DNA of 64,000 nucleotides from Octopus sinensis (lineage: Eukaryota), in NCBI RefSeq assembly GCF_006345805.1, contig NC_043020.1, positions 27,280,001 through 27,344,000 of the forward strand, given 5' to 3'. The notes under the pieces were generated by a model, which did no database searches, was not told where the DNA came from, and worked only from the letters and a program-made list of their open reading frames with translations. Positions within the stretch are counted from its first letter, which is position 1, and each line of letters opens with the position of its first letter. The translations under genes were made by a program, and so were the position numbers. Of this stretch, positions 1 through 13,319 are shown piece after piece.

Positions 1-793
1 GTGCTCCTAAGAGCCCATGGCGAAACTGTTTATCAGTGTATGTTGAGAACGGTGGCTGAAGAATTCAACAGGTCAGGCATCGGTCAAACATGTGGGTGGG
101 GGTGTATAGATGTTCTTTGTGACCGAGAATAAAGTTCTGACTATTTAAAGAATTTGGATGTTTTATAAGGGGCGAGAAAAAATCTACTTAGAGACGTGTG
201 TGTGTGTATACTGTTCTATATATGTGTGTGTTGGCGTAGGGGTAGAAAACATTTTTTGTGTACGTGTGTGCGTTTGATCGTTCGGCTGTCAGTGGCTACT
301 GCCGTGATAACCGTTGGGTGGCAGAAAGAAAAAAAATAAAGAAATTATATATATATATTTTATGTTTTATGTGTGTGTGTGTGTGTTCATCTAAGCCTAC
401 CTTGACAAGGAAACCCCCCGCTGTGAAAAAACAAGCCCCGTTTGTCTTACAGGAGTAATTTCCCTTGCAGTGGTTAATTGTAGATATCTTAAAATCTATT
501 TCAGAATTTGTTACCAAGGGCTATGGGTGCCGGTCTTATTTATGAACGCTATTTAAAGGCCAGATAAGTGTAACGCCGCCAATGGGGGCATCGAAAAGCC
601 GACTGTAAGAGCCCGTTTACCATCCGGCCTCTGGCAAACAAAATATGGAAGAGTTCGGAGACACAAAGGTTGCACTGTCTTCCCCCTATCAAATGGGAGG
701 GCCACCGACAAAATTGACCATTCCAGCCTATAGCTTAAGTTCGCATCCTTCAGTCGCCATATTAGCTTACTGAGTCCCGTGGTCTGGCGCTTG

Positions 794-824
<31 letters not shown>

Positions 825-1449
825 TTCACCTTCGAAACGCAGAGTAGATGAAACCATGGCGACTGAAGAAGGGGAAATTTCCTTGTGTTATTTGTCCTGT
901 ACTCTATTTTTTCGTTAAGAAAAATGTCCAGTTCCTTGGTTTTGTGTTTATGTTTTCGTTTCTCATTGTGTTCGACGTTTTTTTTTTGGTGTCTTGTACC
1001 CATGTATGCGTGTATATATACATGTAGAGGTAGGTACGTATATATATGTATGTATATATGCATATGTCTTATTTATTAATTTATTATATATATATATACA
1101 CATATATATGTGTTGTATGTATATGTGTATATACAAACACACACATATATATACACATACACGTGTATGTATGCACACAAGTTACTGGCTTCTTGCCTTG
1201 ACATCACACAACAGTTGTAAACAAGTGCCACCATCCTACAGGCAGTGTCCTACATGTCCAACCTTCTGTAAGAATATGGCTGCTCTCAAGGAAAAAATAT
1301 TCCTTCACTCAGAAACAGGTGAAGGTTTAGTGACAGGAAGGGCATCCAGCTGTGGAAAGCAGGAAGAGCATCCAGCTGCCTCAACAAATTCCATCTGATC
1401 CATGCAAGGAAAAGTGGACATGAAAATAATGACAGTGTATACACCCAAA

Positions 1450-1760
1450 GGCGCATGGCTCAGTGGTTAGAGCGTCGAGCTTACGATCGTGAGGTTGTGA
1501 GCTCGAATCCCGGACCGGGCTGTCTGTTGTGTTCTCGAGCAAGGCACTTTATTTCACGTTGCTCCAGTTCACTCAGCTGTAGAAATGAGTTGCGACGTCA
1601 CTGGTGCCAAGCTGTATCGGCCCCTTTTGTCTTTCCCTTGGATAACACTGGTGGCGTGGAGAGGGGAGGCTGGTATGCATGGGTGACTGCTGGCCTTCCA
1701 TAAACAACCTTGCCCGGACTTGTGTCTACGAGGGTAACTTTCTAGGTGCAATCCCATACA
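1450..1760 (+). mobile_element. Third tRNA-derived SINE family. Related copies at 9690-9890, 31895-32575 (-), 52455-52775 and 60420-60635 (-).
   Basis: A-box GGCTCAGTGG, B-box GCTCGAATCC, followed by GAGCAAGGCACTTT...GTTGCTCCAGT.CACTCAGCTG. Confidence 0.78.
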
Positions 1761-2372
1761 CCCAAAAAATCTATGACCTGTATGCATTAAACAACTGCAC
1801 TATATGGTCACAGTTGGAATGTCTTTGATCATTCGTCTACTCAGAAAGGATGTGACCTGGGGTTACACAACAACACTGCAATTAACCCTTCAGTACTCAG
1901 ATTATTCTGTCAAATGTAATCCTTATTTATTGCCATTGTTTTGAATTATTCACGCATTATCTTGTAGCTTTGAGATTTCGATGATGTCATCATCATCATC
2001 GTTTAACGTCCGTTCTCCATCTTAGCATGGGTTGGACGGTTCGACCGAGGTCTGGTAAACCATGGAGGCTGCACCAGGCTCCAGTCTGGTTTGGCAGTGT
2101 CTCTACAGCTGGATGCCCTTCCTAATGCCAACCACTCCGTGAGTGTAGTGGGTGCTTTTTACGTGCCAGGCGAAGCTAGCAAACGGCCACAATCGTATTG
2201 GTGTTTTTTACGCGCCACCGGCACAGAAGCCAGTCAAGGCAGCGCTGGCATCGGCCATGTTCGGATGTGATTCTTTATTTCTAGAATGACACTGTAGGGT
2301 TGGTATGAAAGGCCAGATCTGGTCAGTTTGAACATAAAACAGGTGGAATATTTCGGCCAGTTTAAATGCTGA

Positions 2373-2582
<210 letters not shown>

Positions 2583-3452
2583 TAATCTTTTAAATGATTT
2601 CAGACATTAAACTATGTCCATCTAGATGTCTGTGTGTCATCATCATCATCGTGTAACGTCTGCTTCCTATGCTGGCATCTGTTGGACAGTTCGATGGGAG
2701 CTGGCCAGGCAGAAGGCTGCACCAGGCTTCAGTGTCTGTTTTGGTATGGTTTTTACAGCTTTCATGTCTGTAAAATAACCAACACATTCAGCACTTACGA
2801 AATTATATATATATCATCATCATCATTGTTTAATGTCCGTTTTCCATGCTGGCATTGGTTGGACAATTTGACTGGAGACTGGCAAACCAGATGGCTGCAC
2901 CAGGCTCCAATCTTGATCTGGCAGAGTTTCTACAGCTGGATGCCCTTCCTAACGCCAACCACTCCGAGAGTGTAGTGGGTGCTTTTTACATGTCACTGGT
3001 ACGGGGAGATGCTCTGTGTTTCTTTCAATTGATTTTAAATATATCAAAGAATTTAGTAAAATAACTTAGTTGTCGTTAAGCTATTGTTAGGAATATAAAT
3101 TGTGACTAAGGTTTGGTGGAAGATTTTAATTCAGAACTTATGGAAACAAGACATTTGTACTCAGAGCCGGAGCCAGTTTCAGCCGGGTTGGTACCGAAAG
3201 GGTTCAAGCTGCAAGCTGGCAGAATTGTTAGCCCGTTGAATGAAATGCTTTCACCCATTCCTACGTTCTGAGTTCAAATTCCACCAAGGTTGACTTTACC
3301 TTTCATCTTTTTGGAGTCGATAAATTCAGTACCAGTTGCATACTGGGGATCGATGTAATCGACTAGCCCACCCCCTCCCCCAAACATCAGGCCTTATGCT
3401 TATAATAGAAAGTATTTCTTTTTAACTTTCCTTTCCTTTCTTATATTTTCAG

Positions 3453-3556
3453 AAGTGGAAGATGTTGTGCATTCCATAATATTTCTCCTGAGCGACAAAG
3501 CTAACTCCACAACTGGGTCACTACATATGGTTGACGGTGGAACTCTCTGCTGCTGA
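3453..3556 (+). CDS. DCXR: DCXR exon 7 (terminal): (E)VEDVVHSIIFLLSDKANSTTGSLHMVDGGTLCC-stop
   Basis: Acceptor tatattttcag|AA, TGA at 3554-3556. AATAAA motifs near 3648 and 3717. Exons 1-7 sum to 244 aa. Confidence 0.92.
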
Positions 3557-4222
3557 TAACCAAAATGAGGGAGCCACTATGTGGTTGCTCAGCATGAAAG
3601 AAACAGCAGTCAAATAGCCTTCAAATCCTGCATCGTGTCCTGATGAAAATAAAAAAAAGAAATGTACCATTGGATAATGGATAATGAAGTCCTTAATATA
3701 TACCGTGCCATGTCTGAATAAAAGACAGGATGCTACCACCGCCAGAACTCTTTTAGTTTTGTGTTTCATCAGGGCTGACCTTGGCTAAACAACAATAAAA
3801 TCGACAACCACAGAGCACAAGAAATAATGTGAGTGCTAAAACCCTCAAAACCACTCCTTAGAAACCCTAGAAAAAAAAAAAAAAGCTGAGATATATAAAA
3901 CAATATATTTGATAAGGGAAAATATACAGGCTTCTGATGTTTTAATCATGATTTCAACAGATTCGTGTGAGTTTTTACTGCATGAGCTGAGGGTGCAGTG
4001 CTTGCATGTTCCTGCACAGGGTACAGTTTAGTCTTTTGGGGATGTAGATCAGGATTTGGAATGAGACGATTCGGCGCAGCTCTTTGGAGAGGCTAGAGTA
4101 GAAGACACTTGCCCAAGGTGCCACGCAGTGGGATTGAACCTGAAACAATGTGGTTTGTAAGCAAGCTACTTACCACACAGCCACTCCTATCTCTATGAAA
4201 GCATGAGGTCAAACGAAATACC

Positions 4223-4431
4223 TTACTCTCTCTTTTACTTGTTTCAGTCATTTGACTGCAGCCATGCTGGAGCACCGCCTTTAGTCGAGCAACTCGACCC
4301 CGGGACTTATTCTTTTGTAAGCCCAGTTCTTATTCTTTCGGTCTCTTTTGCCGAACCGCTAAGTAACGGGGACATAAACACACCAGCATTGGTTGTCAAG
4401 CAATGCTAGGGGGACAAACACAGAGACACAA

Positions 4432-4470
<39 letters not shown>

Positions 4471-4630
4471 TACGACAGGCTTCTTTCAGTTTCCGTCTAC
4501 CAAATCCACTCACAAGGCTTTGGTCGGCCCGAGGCTATAGAAGAAGACACTTGCCCAATGTGCCATGCAGTGGGACTGAACCCGGAACCATGTGGTTGGT
4601 AAACAAGCTACTTAGCACACAGCCACTCCT
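4223..4630 (-). mobile_element. Full-length tRNA/CORE-type SINE with internal (TA)n/(TG)n
   Basis: Head GGAGTGGCTGTG...GGTTCAGTCCC, CORE-like TTGGGCAAGTGTCTTCT, tail CCAGCATGGC...TGACTGAAACAAGTAAAAGAG. Confidence 0.88.
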
Positions 4631-4720
4631 CATGGATTTCTTGTTAAAGGTACTGAAACAGAACTGTGTGACCACACAACAAAAATTCCATCTGGTTCTT
4701 GAATCAAAGGACATACTTAC

Positions 4721-4885
4721 ACCGTGAGGGCCCAGCTCAAGGGCCATAGATCTGGTTAAAGCATCCAATGCACCCTTAGTGCAGCAATATACTCCATGAT
4801 TCTTTAATGCCATCCGAGAAACTTCACTGGAAATGTTGACGATGGAGCCATGTCTTTTGTCTGCTAGCATTCCTTTGACAACGAT
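4721..4885 (-). CDS. DCXR: DCXR exon 5: [55 protein letters not shown]
   Basis: Acceptor ttcgttacag|ATC, donor GGT|gtaagt. 165 nt. Contains the catalytic Ser (NISS) and YxxxK (YCCTK). Confidence 0.94.
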
Positions 4886-5281
4886 CTGTAACGAAGTGAA
4901 AATAATTAATTAGTAAACGAGTCAAAAATGGAAATATGTGATCACTTGACTTGCTAGAAATAACAGCCAAGTCTCATTTTTAAACAGACTACTGCTCTGG
5001 TTTTCTAACAGTGTACAGCTTTATTCTTTTTACTCGTTTCAGTCATCTGACTGCGGCCATGCTGGAGCACTGCCTTTTAATCAATCAAAGAAACTGACCC
5101 CAGGACTTATTTTTTGTAAGTCTGGTACTTATTCTACTGGTCTCTTTTGCCGAACTGCTAAGTGAAGGGGATGTAAACACACCAGCATCAGTTGTCAAGT
5201 GATTGCAGGGACACCCCCTCACACACACAAACACAGACCCAAAGACAACACACAACTATATATATATATATATATATATAT

Positions 5282-6300
5282 GCCCCTAGGAGCTCCTCTA
5301 TGTTGATGACCTTGCTCTAATTGCTGAGTCACTATCAGAACTAGAGAAGTTTCAGGTGTGGAAGCAAGGATTAGAATCGAAGGGCCTTAGAGTCAACCTA
5401 GCTAAAACCAAAGTCCTAATAAGAAGGAAAGTAGACAAACCAGAAATCCCTTTAGGTAGATGGGCTTGCTTGATCTGTAGAAAAGGCGTAGGTAGAAACT
5501 CTATAAGCTATGGACACATAAGAGGTGCAGCAATATCAAATGAAGGCTAACTGGGAAGATAGTTTTTGTATGTGGCAGATGCTCAGGAGCAATAAACACT
5601 GAAAATGTGCAGAGAACAACTTCTGCCACATTCCAAGGAGAAAAACTAGAAGTAGTTGATAGCTTCCATTACCTAGGTGACCAAGTCAGTTGTGGGGCTG
5701 GGTGTACTAAAAGTGCAACTGCTAGAGTAAGAATAGCCTGGGTAAAGTTCAGAGAGCTCTTACCTCTGCTCGTGACAAAGGGCCTCTCACTCAGAGTAAA
5801 AGGTAGACTGTATGATGCACGTGTGCGAACAGCCATGCTACATGGCAGTGAAACATGGGTCATGACTGCTGAGGACATGCGTAAGCTTGCAAGGAATGAA
5901 GCCAGTATGCTCCACTGGATGTGTAATGTCAGTGTTCATACTCGACAGAGTGTAAGTACCTTGAGAGAAAAGTTGGATCTAAGAAGCATCAGATGTGCTG
6001 TGCAGAGATATGGCTGCACTGGTATGGTCATGTGGCGAGAATGGATGAGGATAGCTGTGTGAAAAAGTGCCACACCCTAGCAGTTGAGGGAACTATGGAA
6101 GAGGTAGGCTCAGGAAAACCTGGGATGAGGTGGTGAAGCACGACCTTCGAACATTAGGCCTCACCGAGGTAATGACTAGTGACCAAGACCTCTGGAAATA
6201 TGCTGTGCTTGATAAGACCCGGAAAGCCAAGTGAGACCATAACCTCGTGGCCTATGCCAGGGGTGTAACCAGTCCACTTATGTGTACCTTTCCTTCATTG
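5282..6300 (+). mobile_element. 5'-truncated RTE-clade LINE (RT C-terminal half with an embedded PHD-like Cys/His cluster)
   Basis: ELLYVDDLALIAES...LRVNLAKTKV, VDSFHYLGD, RVKGRLYDARVRTAMLHGSETW, GRGRLRKTWDEVVKHDL. Confidence 0.85.
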
Positions 6301-7354
6301 GACACTAAACTCTGCTTGCGAAGACCCGTTGAGGCAAGTGAAATAGAAATCAAAATCAAATTCAATGACTGGTATCCGTGCTAGTTTATATCCGTTTATA
6401 AATATTTGAGCGAGGTAGTTGCCAGTGCTGCTAGACTGGTTCCTGTGCAGGTGGCATGTAAAAAAACACCATTTGAGCATGGGTGTTGCCAGTACTGCTT
6501 GACTGGCCCTCGTGCCGGTGGCACATAAAAGCACCCACTACACTCTCGGAGTGGTTGGCATTAGGAAGGGCATCCCACTGCAGAAACTCTTCCAGATCAG
6601 ATAGTAACTTGGTGCAGCCATCTGGTTCACAAGACCTCAGTCAAATCGTCCAACGCATGCTAGCATGGAAAGCGGACGTTTAATGATGATGATACCCAAA
6701 CTGTTATACTTAGTGGAGTAGTACTTCGGTTTTTGAACAACTTTGATCATGACTAAATCATGCTTTATATATATATATATATATATATATGCGCTTGGCT
6801 TAGATTTTTCTTTGCGGCTGGCCAGGTCGGAGCAATCTCAAGATTAATCAGCCGAAATTGCGAGGATGATCTGGTTCTTGATTTAGATTGAAGGCTTCGA
6901 ATGTCTCGTCCGTGTTTTTTGTATCGTCTTCTAAATGTTTTGCGTTCTTGTCCCAGTTTGTATTTTTTTACATATACATACATATATATATATACACACA
7001 CACACACACACGATGATGCAGCATGGAATTTTATCAGTGATCAGGTCATGGTCTCAAAGTGACAAAAATATTTTGGCAAATTAAATTTAAATGTTGAAGT
7101 GAATCTAACGGTTTTTGTGTGTTTCTTAAATGGCTTATAAACAACACCTTCCATGCTGCAACTGTCTTTGTTTCAGCACACAATCTCAGATGAGGTCACT
7201 TGCTATGCAAGTACATCTCCATAATCTATATATATATATAAAGCACGATTTATTCATAATCAGAGGTGTTTGTAAACCGAGATGAATATGAGAAAGACAG
7301 GAGATAAAGCACGATAAATTTGTTATATACATGACTGGTTGATGTATATATAAC

Positions 7355-8080
7355 AAGGCAGTGAACTGGAAGAATCAGTGAACAGCGGGAAAAATGCTTT
7401 GAGGCATTTCATCCGTCTTTACATTCTGAATCCAAATTCCACCGAGGTTGACTTTGCCTTTTATCTTTTCAGGGTTCGTTAAAATAAGTACCAGTTGAAT
7501 ATTGGGGGGGTTGATATATATTTCAACTATCCCACGCCCCCCCCCCCAAATTGCTGGCCTTGTGTCAGAATTTGAAACCAATATTTTTTTTTTATGTTCT
7601 GAGTTCAAATTCTGCTATAGTTAACTTTGATTTTTATTCTTTTGGGGTCAATAAAATAAGTACCAGTTGAATATTGGGGGGTGATATATATTTCAACTAT
7701 CCCACTCCCCCAAAATTGCTGGCCTTGTGTCAGAATTTGAAACCAATATTTTTTTTTTATGTTCTGAGTTGTTCAAATTCTGCTATAGTTAACTTTGATT
7801 TTTATTCTTTTGGGGTCAATAAAATAAGTACCAGTTGAATATTGGGGGGTGATATATATTTCAACTATCCCATTCCCCCAAAATTGCTGGCCTTGTGTCA
7901 GAATTTGAAACCAATATTTTTTTTTTATGTTCTGAGTTCAAATTCTGCTATAGTTAACTTTGATTTTTATTCTTTTGGGGGTCAATAAAATAAGTACCAG
8001 TTGAATACTAGGGTTGATATAAAATCGCCAATTGCACTCCTCGAAAACTGCTGGCCTTGTGCTAAAATTTCAAACCAATA
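7355..8080 (+). repeat. Tandem of four units (about 165 bp) from a related tRNA-SINE subfamily, inside DCXR intron 4
   Basis: TGTTCTGAGTT...CAAATTC recurs at about 7595, 7760 and 7928. A head is present only at about 7355. Confidence 0.8.
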
Positions 8081-8256
8081 TACGAATAAAACAAGAAGAC
8101 ACTTGGTCAAGGTGTCACACAGTGTGTTTGAACCCCAAATCAAACTTCATATCCAATAGCCATGCCTGCATTGCTGAAATCATGTGTGTGGACATAAGAA
8201 AAAAAAAATTAGAAAACAGAAATCAGGTACCAGTTATATAACCAGGGAATACTTAC

Positions 8257-8299
8257 TTGTGAAACATTAACAACAGCATAAAAATTAACAGCAAACGTA
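8257..8299 (-). CDS. DCXR: DCXR exon 4 (43-nt small exon): (D)TFAVNFYAVVNVSQ
   Basis: Acceptor ttttttcag|T, donor CAA|gtaagt. Phase 2 in, phase 0 out. Corresponds to SFEVNLRAVIQVSQ of human DCXR. Confidence 0.9.
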
Positions 8300-8699
8300 C
8301 TGAAAAAACAACAGTAAATTAGTATAAATGACTGGCAGAACTGGTAGAGCATCAGACAAAATGTTTTAAAGGTTATGGCTCTTTAGGTTTCAAGTTCAAA
8401 TCTCTCTGAAGTTGACTTCGTTTTTTATTGATTAACCAATTAGCATTCAGATTAATTTATCAAATGTAATGTTTATTAATCAGCATTTTAAAAAATTAAT
8501 CATGGAGTATCTTGTAGCTTCAAGATTTTGAAGATGTGATTGTTTATATTGAGAATGACATTGTAGGGTAGGTGTGAGAGGCTGGATATGGCCATGTTCA
8601 ACATAAAAGGTAAAATACTTGGGCTGAATATGGCTGATTTAAGTGCTAAAGGGCTAAACAAGTACCAGTCATACAAAATGGCCCTGTAGATTAGCTGCT

Positions 8700-9209
8700 A
8701 TTTCAGGCTCAAAACAGAGGCCTACATCAAGTGCCTGGAGGAGGTAGTGCTACCTTGGGTCAAGAGGGTGGCTGCTGGAAGACCCTACGTCTGGCAACAG
8801 GACTCTGCACCATGCCACACAAACAGGAGAACCCAGTCATGGCCGTCTGGCAATTTCTGCGACCCAATTAGCCCTAACATTTGGCCACCCAACTCCCCAT
8901 TATTACGTGTGGGGTGCAGTTGAGCTAGAGATTAACAAAACTCCTTGTAACACCAAAGATGAACTGAAGGCAAGGATTGTGGCAGCATTCACCAACTTAA
9001 ACAAGGCGACCGTCCAGAAGAGCTGCAGGAGATTCTGAAGTTGTATGGAGGCCATGGTTGGAGCCAATGGCGATTTTATTGAATAAATTTACAGTTTAGT
9101 ATTTCAAGATATTTCTCTGTAATTTTGGTAAATATATCTGTTAAAATGAGATGTCAGAGTTATTTTCATTTTTGCATAACTTAGACAACAGTTTATTCAG
9201 CACACCCTG
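8700..9209 (+). mobile_element. Tc1/mariner (probably DD37D/maT) transposase 3' remnant with right TIR
   Basis: YVWQQDSAPCH...IWPPNSP-(deletion)-YYVWGAVE...KDELKARI...GANGDFIE-stop. Ends in ...CACACCCTG. Second D to NSP is 32 aa, which gives 37 if DCNPL is restored. Confidence 0.8.
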
Positions 9210-9213
9210 TGTT

Positions 9214-9252
<39 letters not shown>

Positions 9253-9255
<3 letters not shown>

Positions 9256-9673
9256 CGTAGGAGTGGCTGTGGTAAGTAGCTTGCTTATGAACCACACGGT
9301 TCACGGTTCAGTCCCACTGTGTGGCACCTTGGGCAAGTGTCTTCTACTATAGCCTCAGGCCGACCAAAGCCTTGTAAGTGGATTTGGTAGATGTAAACTG
9401 AAAGAAGCCCGTTGTATATATGTATATATATATACATATATATATATATATGTATGTCTGTGTGTGTATATGTTTGTGTGTCTGTTTGTCTCCCCAACAT
9501 CGCTTGACAACTGATGCTGGTGTGTTTGCGTCCCCGTAACTTAATGGTTCGGCAAAAGGGACCAATAGAATAAGTACTAGGCTTACAAAGAATAAGTCCT
9601 GGGGTCGATTTGCTCGACTAAAGGCGGTGCTCCAGCATGGCCACAGTCAAATGACTGAAACAAGTAAAAGAGT
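9253..9673 (+). mobile_element. Full-length tRNA/CORE-type SINE
   Basis: Same family as 4223-4630. Confidence 0.88.
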
Positions 9674-10076
9674 ACTCTTTCACCACAACATTCTCTCACT
9701 CTTTCTTCCTGTATCTGTATTTCAAAGGGCCAGCCTTGTCACACTGTGTCACGCTGAATCTCCCCAAGAACTACGTTAAGGGTACACGTGTCTGTGGAGT
9801 TACTCAGCCACTTGCACGTTAATTTCATGAGCAGGCTGTTCCGTTGATCGGATCAACTGGAACCCTCGTCGTCATAACCGACGGAGTGCCACCTTATGAT
9901 TGAACACCATGCATCCGTTTCCACACACACACACACATATGTATGGGATGTAAAAATATACAACAGCAGGGTAGCATATATTCTATTGCTTGACCGATTC
10001 TGTTAATTCAGAGCTGTCTTAGAATGTTAATTATAAAACAAAACAAAAAAAAAAATTAAAGCTTTGAGATACAAAC

Positions 10077-10231
10077 TCATCAAACTCTTCTTTGGTGGAA
10101 TCGACAAAGGCACTCATGGATGCGACAGCAGCATTATTTACCAACAGATCAATGGGGCCAAGAGAGCTGACGATCTCACGGGTACGATCCCAGTTACTCA
10201 AGTCACAAACAACAGGGACAATCGCTGGACA
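10077..10231 (-). CDS. DCXR: DCXR exon 3: CPAIVPVVCDLSNWDRTREIVSSLGPIDLLVNNAAVASMSAFVDSTKEEFD(D)
   Basis: Acceptor tttattcag|TGT, donor GA|gtttgt. 155 nt. Contains the DLLVNNAA SDR motif typical of DCXR. Confidence 0.93.
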
Positions 10232-10441
10232 CTGAATAAAAAAACAAACAAAAAACAATGCTTTAGCCACTGGCAACTTCCATCCATCCACCCACCCATC
10301 CACCCATCTTTTTTAATTCTTGGCAGAGTCATGGATGTACAATCCTCAGGCCCCCTCCTCCATAGGGTCCACCTGCTATTTCCATCCATCCACCCACCCA
10401 TTTTCTTCAGTCAAGTACCAGATTATCTTTGCAATTTTGGC

Positions 10442-10480
<39 letters not shown>

Positions 10481-10483
<3 letters not shown>

Positions 10484-10898
10484 GTGCAGGAGTGGCTGTG
10501 TGGTAAGTAGCTTGTTTACCAACCACATGGTTCCGGCTTCAGTCCCACTGCGTGGTACCTTGGGCAAGTGTCTTCTACTATAGCCTCGGGCCGACCAAAG
10601 CCTTGTGAGTGGATTTGGTAGACGGAAACTGAAAGAAGCCCGTTGTATATATGTATATATATATATATATATGCGTGTGTGTGTTTGTGTGAGTGTGTTT
10701 GTCCCCCCCCTAGCATTGCTTGACAACCGGTGCTGGTGTGTTTATGTCCCCGTTACTTAGCGGTTTGGCAAAAGAGACCGATAGAATAAGTACTAGGCTT
10801 ACAAAGAATAAGTCCTGGGGTCGATTTGCTCGATTAAAGGCGGTGCTCAAGCATGGCCGCAGTCAAATGACTGAAACAAGTAAAAGAGTAAAAGAGTA
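10481..10898 (+). mobile_element. Full-length tRNA/CORE-type SINE
   Basis: Same family. Confidence 0.88.
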
Positions 10899-11329
10899 TA
10901 TATATGTCTATACATATATAGTTTTTATTAAAGCAGCAAAATTATCACAGAACTGTTATTCAGAATTTCACGTTCCTGTTCGTTGGATGGGCTTCTTTCA
11001 GTTTCCGTCTACCAAATCCACTCACAAGGCCTGAGGCTATAGTAGATGACATGTGCCCAAGGTGCCACACAGTGGGACTGAACCCGGAACCATGTGGTTG
11101 GGAAGCAAAATTCCTACCACACAGCCACGTGTGCATCTGCACTATTTTTAGCAGACCAAGAGCCTCCCCTAGCAGCCTCCTTAACAATGGCTCATGTTGC
11201 TAAGGGTTACTGTCAACATTAACCTGGCACAAACTTCATGGACACCATTCAATGCTACCACCAAATGCTACCCTTCCAAATGTGGCTGTCCAAGAAGAAT
11301 CACAGTATCGACACAAAATGCATGCTTAC

Positions 11330-11427
11330 TTCTTCAACTAACGTCTTCAGGTGTTCCTCAGTGCGACTCAGTGCGTAAGTTGTTGCACCACACTTTGAGA
11401 GCATCTTTGCTGTTTCTCGACCGATTC
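11330..11427 (-). CDS. DCXR: DCXR exon 2: (G)IGRETAKMLSKCGATTYALSRTEEHLKTLVEE
   Basis: Acceptor ttttcctctaag|GA, donor GAA|gtaagc. 98 nt, phase 1 in and phase 0 out, matching exons 1 and 3. Confidence 0.93.
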
Positions 11428-11544
11428 CTTAGAGGAAAAAAAAAGAACAAAAATATCAACAATAATTAACAAAAAATGGCAAAAGATTATTTGACACTGA
11501 TGGAGTCATAGTGGTGACCTCGTCTTGGTTGTTAATGTCATAAT

Positions 11545-12250
11545 GTCGACCAAAGCCTTGTGATTAAATTTGGTAGATGGAAACTGTGTGGAAACCTGTT
11601 GTGTGTGTATTTCTTTCTTTTACTTGTTTCAGTCATTTGACTGCGACCATGCTGGAGCACCACCTTTAGTCGAGCAAATCTACCCCAGGACTTATTCTTT
11701 GTAAGCCCAGTACTTATTCTATCAGCCTCTTTTGCCGAACCGCTAAGTGACGGGGACGTAAACACACCAGCATTGGTTGTCAAGCAATGCTAGGGCGAGA
11801 AACACAGACACACAAACATATACACACACATACACACATATACACACACATATACACATATATGACAGGCTTCTTTCAGTTTCCGTCTACCAAATCCACT
11901 CACAAGGCATTGGTCGGCCTGGGGCTATAGCAGAAGACACTTGCCCAAGATACCACGCAGTGTGACTGAACCCGGAACCATGTGGTCGGTAAACAAGCTA
12001 CTTACCACACAGCCACTCCTGCGCCTATATGTGAGTTTGTGTGTGTGTATGGATCTTTTATCTTTTACTTGTTTCAGTCATTGGACTGTGGCCATGCTGG
12101 GGTACTGCTTTCAAGGGTTTCAGCCAAATAGTTCAACCCCCAGTACTTGCTTTTAAAGCCCGGTACTTATTCTATTGGTTCTCTATTGCTGAACTGCAAA
12201 GTCATGGAGGATGCAAACAAACCAACACTGGTTGTTAAGTGGTGAGGAGG
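11545..12250 (-). mobile_element. Cluster of full and partial CORE-type SINE copies in DCXR intron 1
   Basis: Family motifs recur at 11630-12020 and 12060-12250. Confidence 0.8.
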
Positions 12251-12352
12251 ACAACCACAATTACAAAGACAGACAGACAGACAGACACACACACACACAC
12301 ATACATGTAAAGAGCTTCCACACAGTTTCAGGCAAATTTAGGTGATGAGGAT

Positions 12353-12701
12353 AGTCGATTACAACGACCTCAGTGCGTAACTGGTACTTAATTTATCGAC
12401 CCCGAAAGGATGAAAGGCAAAGTCGACCTCGACGGGATTTGAACTCAGAATGTAACGGCAGACGAAATACCTATTTCTTTACTACCCAAAAGGGGCTAAA
12501 CACAGAGGGGACAAATAAGGACAGACAAACGGATTAAGTCGATTATATCGACCCCGGTGCGTAACTGGTACTTAATTTATCGACCCCGAGAGGATGAAAG
12601 GCAAAGTCGACCTCGGCGGACTTTGAACTCAGAACGTAGCGGCAGACGAAATACCGTTAAGCATTTCGCCGGGCGTGCTAACGATTCTGCCAGCTCGCCG
12701 C
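12353..12701 (-). mobile_element. Dimer of the same tRNA-SINE (one GAAATAC|CTATTTC junction)
   Basis: Direct comparison with 35042-36874. Confidence 0.85.
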
Positions 12702-13267
12702 TAAAGTGAAGTTCAAATAAATAGTGGGTGTGTTAAGTGGCAAAAAAACGACCGTCCCCAAATATATAAAGTTTAAATTATATTTGTGCTTTAGTTAAAC
12801 AAACACCATGAGGGCACCGTCGATATAAAAACGTATCGTGGGCCACGGCAGAAAAATAAAATATTGCGCTTCACTTGTATATGTATATATGAGATAATAT
12901 TTGTTACAAGACAAGGAACAAAGAAATATATTAAAATATTAAGAAACATATAAATAAAAAGACAGACTTCATGGTATTAGGAGACCTCGATTTAAAACTA
13001 AGGTAGTATTACTGTTTTTAGTACAACTGAACTAGCGCAAGCCTATCATGAGACATTCGAAGCGTGACTATCACGACAATTATTATTTTTTAGATACAAT
13101 GTATTCTACAAGCCGCTCCATATTTGTAAAGGCAATGGGGCGTGACTTGAGGGAGCTTTATTGGCTATTTCTAGGACGTCCGGCGAGCACGAACAAAGGA
13201 ATCAGCAAAAATTAAATGAAAAACACCCAAATAAAGTTATAAAGAGATTTTTCAGAATAGAAATTAC

Positions 13268-13319
13268 CTCGTCCCGCTCCAGTTACCAAAGCTTTCTGAC
13301 CGTTGAACTTAATTTCCAT
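13268..13319 (-). CDS. DCXR: L-xylulose reductase / dicarbonyl reductase (classical SDR), coding exon 1: MEIKFNGQKALVTGAGR+G
   Basis: Manual translation of the minus strand. ATG at 13319-13317, phase-1 donor G|gtaatt. Begins the SDR TGxxxGIG cofactor motif (TGAGR-GIG). Confidence 0.93.

Noticed and set aside
1450-1530. tRNA genes (A/B boxes here and at many SINE heads)
   Set aside because: The heads run straight into SINE bodies and I could not fold a complete cloverleaf with an acceptor stem.
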